DNA of 28,397 nt from Geosiphon pyriformis uo1 (taxonomy: Eukaryota > Fungi > Glomeromycota): contig JAAOMT010000651.1 of NCBI GenBank assembly GCA_016748015.1, positions 1 through 28,397 on the forward strand. Reading direction: 5' to 3'. The position numbers and the translations under genes were made by a program. Below the pieces are notes generated by a model that saw only the letters and a list, made by a program, of their open reading frames with translations, did not search any database and was not told the DNA's origin. Below, in pieces: positions 25,025-28,397 of this stretch. Numbering within the stretch: position 1 is the first letter of the stretch; each line of letters opens with the position of its first letter.

Positions 25025-25520
25025 CCATCAATAGCTATGATCAAGAGCTATTGTTTTAGTGTAGTTAAGTATTGGCAGCTATCAACATAAAATGTTAATA
25101 GTTGGAGTTTGATGAATAGTTTTTATTTAAATAATAACAACATGAATTGGATGTGAATAAGTATTTTATTGATATTTTGATGATTTTACTTCAGTAGATA
25201 TAAACTATCCTTGAAGTGATTAGTGGATGAATAAGAAGGGAAGTCCAAACTAAAAAATCTGTTTTTTTTTGCTTCTAATACTACTGCTATATATACATAA
25301 TTCTCTTTACATAAGAAATCCTTTTTCTTTGCTAAATTTTTTGCAAAATCTTTGATTTTCTGAAACATCCAAAATTTTCTGAAAAATCTTCAACTTTTTT
25401 GAAATATCTTGGATTTCCTGAAAAATTCTTTTTTCTCTTCTTTTATTCTAATTGGCTAATTTATAATCATGTGTTTTTTTTTTGATTATGTATTATTTTT
25501 TCTCTTTTTTAAGTATAGTA
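25025..25520 (-). mobile_element. 5' part of a related LTR in opposite orientation (host of the solo LTR)
   Basis: 25271-25300 is the reverse complement of 24359-24388 (29/30); CAATAGCTATGATCAAGAGCTATTG matches 24598-24622 inverted; outer boundary approximate. Confidence 0.65.
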
Positions 25521-27240
25521 TTATCTTTGTACTATGATTGAATTAGTTTCTTAAAAAAATTTGGTGTGGTTTTTTATGACAGACTTTTGAACAAACATGG
25601 TAAAGTTTTAGATTAAAAGACATTCCAACATTAGAAAAAATTGGATCCCAAAAGATCTGTGTCCACTTGGTTTGTTTTGGTGTTAAAGTTTTTACACAAT
25701 TTTGTGTTCATATCAATGTCTTTCAATAGAAGTTCTGTGTTAAATGTTAATAATGTTTTATTATCAAATCAGTTTTTTAATATTAAAAGTAATTTGCTTA
25801 AGATCTGATTAGATACTTTTACTGTTTATATAGATAGTTTTTTGAAAAAACTTGGTTTTGTTAATGTAACTGGGAGTGCTATTGCATTCTTTCCTAAGAT
25901 TGATTTGGGCATTAGAGTTAGAGTTAATGGGCTTTTGTCTTTTATGATAGCCAAATTATAGGCTGTTGCTTTGGCTTTGAAATATGTGTTTTTTCTTATT
26001 TAGTAGTAGTGTATTTGAACAATTAGGCCATATTAGATGCATGTGTCTTAGAGTTAAAGTTACCTGGTCCCAATTTTTGTAATAGTTGTTAGATGAAGAA
26101 AAGACATATTGCAAATTTGATTGTTAATAAAAACATTGCTATGGTTTAGTCAAAAGTCAAAAACCATTTAAGAGCTTTGGGTAATGTTTATGCAAATGCT
26201 TTGGTAGAAGTAGTTGCTTACTTTTCTTTGCTGCTGCCAACTAATGTGTGTAAACACTTTATTGTGACTAATAGTCTACTAGTTTCTGGTAATGTTTGTC
26301 ATTTTGTTTGGAATATTTTTAAGTCAATAAATTATGTATGTTAAGAAATTGGTTCTGGTTTTAGAGTTTTAGGTGGTTTTTCAGTTTGTGATGTTGATTA
26401 AGTCCATATTATAGCAGTTTGGCATTCAGATTTACACATGTTATTAGGGTTTACAAGCAGAATTTTGGCTAGTTTATGCACTTATTTTATGAAGGCTGTT
26501 TATGGAAGGCTGCTATTATTATTAAAAAGAGACTTTGCAACAAATGTTATCGGTGTTTTATGTTTACATTGTAAAAAGATTGAGTTTTCTAATTATGTGT
26601 TTACATATAACAAAGAGTTTGTCTCTTATAAGGCAATTTTGTTTGAGTGTATTTTAATTTAGAAGTCCCTGACTGGTTCTTGTCTTCTTATTTCTTCTGT
26701 GATTGTGGAATCTTTTCTTTTGTGTTTATTTAATGTTGGCTTATATGCACTTTTCTACAAAACTTTTGTGCTTGTAGGGTGGTTTAAGAAGGCAGTAAAA
26801 ATTTTTGAGAATCATAGAGAGGCTGTCCAGATCTTAGTTGATTTTGCACATGGTTTGGATATATAACATCATTCTAAGTTGTGGAATATCAGATCTAGGT
26901 TTAAAGTAGATATAGAAAAAAATAATTTAATTGGTAATTCAAAAATAATGTCTGTGATGTCTGTTGATACAGTGCTGGTTCTATTAGATAGTGTGATTAA
27001 GTTAATAAGTATTGATGATTCTTTTGAGGTTAGTTTTGGTTTCTGTACACCTTGTTTGTTTTTTTCTGGTTTTGGTGGTTTAACTTCTGTTTGTATAGAG
27101 GCTTAGTATTGCTTTAATTAGTCTGAATAACTGGTCATATGTAGTAAATACAGAATTGTGTCTAGTTAGAATTCATAGTTTTGACTCTGTATACTAAATA
27201 GTAATTGGGCTGCACTCATAAAACATTAATAAAAAAAAAA
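25521..27240 (+). mobile_element. 3' fragment of LINE-B (RNase H, Zn finger, 3' UTR, poly(A)); inverted duplicate of ~7379-9067
   Basis: Colinear with the reverse complement of 7379-9067; ORFs 26438 and 26879 match ORFs 7962 and 7518; poly(A) at 27231-27240. Confidence 0.93.
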
Positions 27241-27661
27241 TCTTTTGTTAAAATCAGATTCGTAGCTATTGATTAAATTAATAATTATTATTTAATATAT
27301 TTAATATAGTAAAAACAAAACTGTTTTACTAAATTTTTAAGTACTTAAATATATTTATTTTTAATTTATAAATAAAAAATTATTAGTATCTATTTATATA
27401 AAAAATTAAATTAATATTATATATTATATTATAAATTTTGTTCATTTTTTTATGTTTTATTTCTAAATAAAATTTACATGATTTTTTATATAATTTTTTT
27501 TTAAACAGATTGGTTTTTTTGTTTTTTTATTTCTAGTTAATAAATAGCTTTTAAAAAGATCAGAAAATATTTTTTAAGTAAGTTATTTATAATTTATTAA
27601 TAATAAATAGTATTAAAAGACTATAAAAAAATGTGTTAAATATTAAAACTTTGATTTTTTT
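27241..27661 (-). repeat. Inverted copy of the LINE-B downstream flank (matches 7329-7378 joined to 1-515)
   Basis: AATCAGATTCGTAGCTATTGATTAAATT is the reverse complement of ~7340-7367; 27541-27660 matches ~6-125; 27481-27520 matches ~308-347. Confidence 0.93.
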
Positions 27662-27719
27662 AATTGATTAATAAAAAAAAACTTTTTATTGGCCAATTGA
27701 CTAAATAATATAATTTGTT

Positions 27720-27820
27720 AAGTTAATTCAGAATTAACATAGTATTAAATTAATAATTCAGAATTAATTTCAAGTTGAATTAGAATTCTAAATCAACTTA
27801 AATTGATTCTGAATTAACTT
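27720..27820. repeat. Cluster of short palindromic AATTC(A/T)GAATT motifs, possibly subterminal repeats of another decayed DNA transposon
   Basis: GTTAATTCAGAATTAAC, TAATTCAGAATTA, GATTCTGAATT within 100 bp. Confidence 0.35.
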
Positions 27821-28397
27821 AAATTCTGTTTCAACTTATAACATATACAAGTATTACTTTGATTTTTTTGAAATTACAGAAACTTGATATTTATTGTTTT
27901 AAAAAGAAATTGCATAAGAAATCTAAGATTTTAAGTTTTAGATTAGATATAAAAAAAAATTTCTTTCGAAAAAATTTAATTAAAGTTTTTGTTAAAATAC
28001 AAAAAACAGTTAAAAAATAAAAAAATCTTAGCAAGATTCTTATAAAATATCTATTTGTTTAAAGATATTGTTTTATAAAAAAATTTTTTTGTTAAAATTA
28101 ATAAAGTTTTTTGATTTTAAGATCTTGTTTATAATTCTTTTAAAAATAAACAATTCAATACTTTACTTTTAATTAAGAATATGTTATTACTGAAAATTTA
28201 TATAAAAAAATAATTATTATTTGGATGTAAAAATTGCCAATTATTTCTTATTAAAAATGATCTTGTAGCATAAATCAATTTTTTTTTACCAAACTTCTTA
28301 GATTTGTTAACAATAATTGGCCAATATTAATATTATAGTTAATTTTTTATTCAGTTACTATGTATTAGTTATACAGAATAATATTTTATTTTAAAAA

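Noticed and set aside
23745-25520. DIRS-type element with inverted terminal repeats
   Set aside because: No tyrosine recombinase or RT remnants seen; nested opposite-orientation LTRs with TG..CA ends and a 4-bp TSD explain the repeats more simply
25521-27661. Assembly artefact or haplotype duplicate
   Set aside because: The arms differ by over 10% substitutions in the segment compared, plus indels and a TSD-flanked insertion, indicating a real old duplication

Overview
AT-rich, strongly CpG-depleted eukaryotic (intron-containing) DNA made almost entirely of decayed, nested transposable elements. It looks fungal, and the element families and composition suggest Glomeromycota (inference). No intact host gene is visible. 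Left to right: (1) a full-length RNase H-bearing L1-like LINE (LINE-A, +, 516-7316, 12-bp TSD); (2) a related full-length LINE (LINE-B, -, ~7379-14156, own TSD) lying tail-to-tail with it; (3) a 15/21-bp higher-order tandem repeat split by a 7.8-kb hAT transposon (15391-23191), which itself contains a DD34E Tc1 element (16378-17731) and a 4-kb IS630/Tc1-like element (18671-22702) carrying a second, divergent gene relic; (4) a solo LTR nested in opposite orientation inside a related LTR (~23745-25520); (5) an inverted duplicate of the LINE-B 3' end plus its flank (25521-27661) that preserves the empty pre-insertion site of LINE-A. The most striking general signal is pervasive C>T/G>A transition decay, including non-CpG sites, with very few frameshifts, which suggests methylation-driven or RIP-like hypermutation of repeats.
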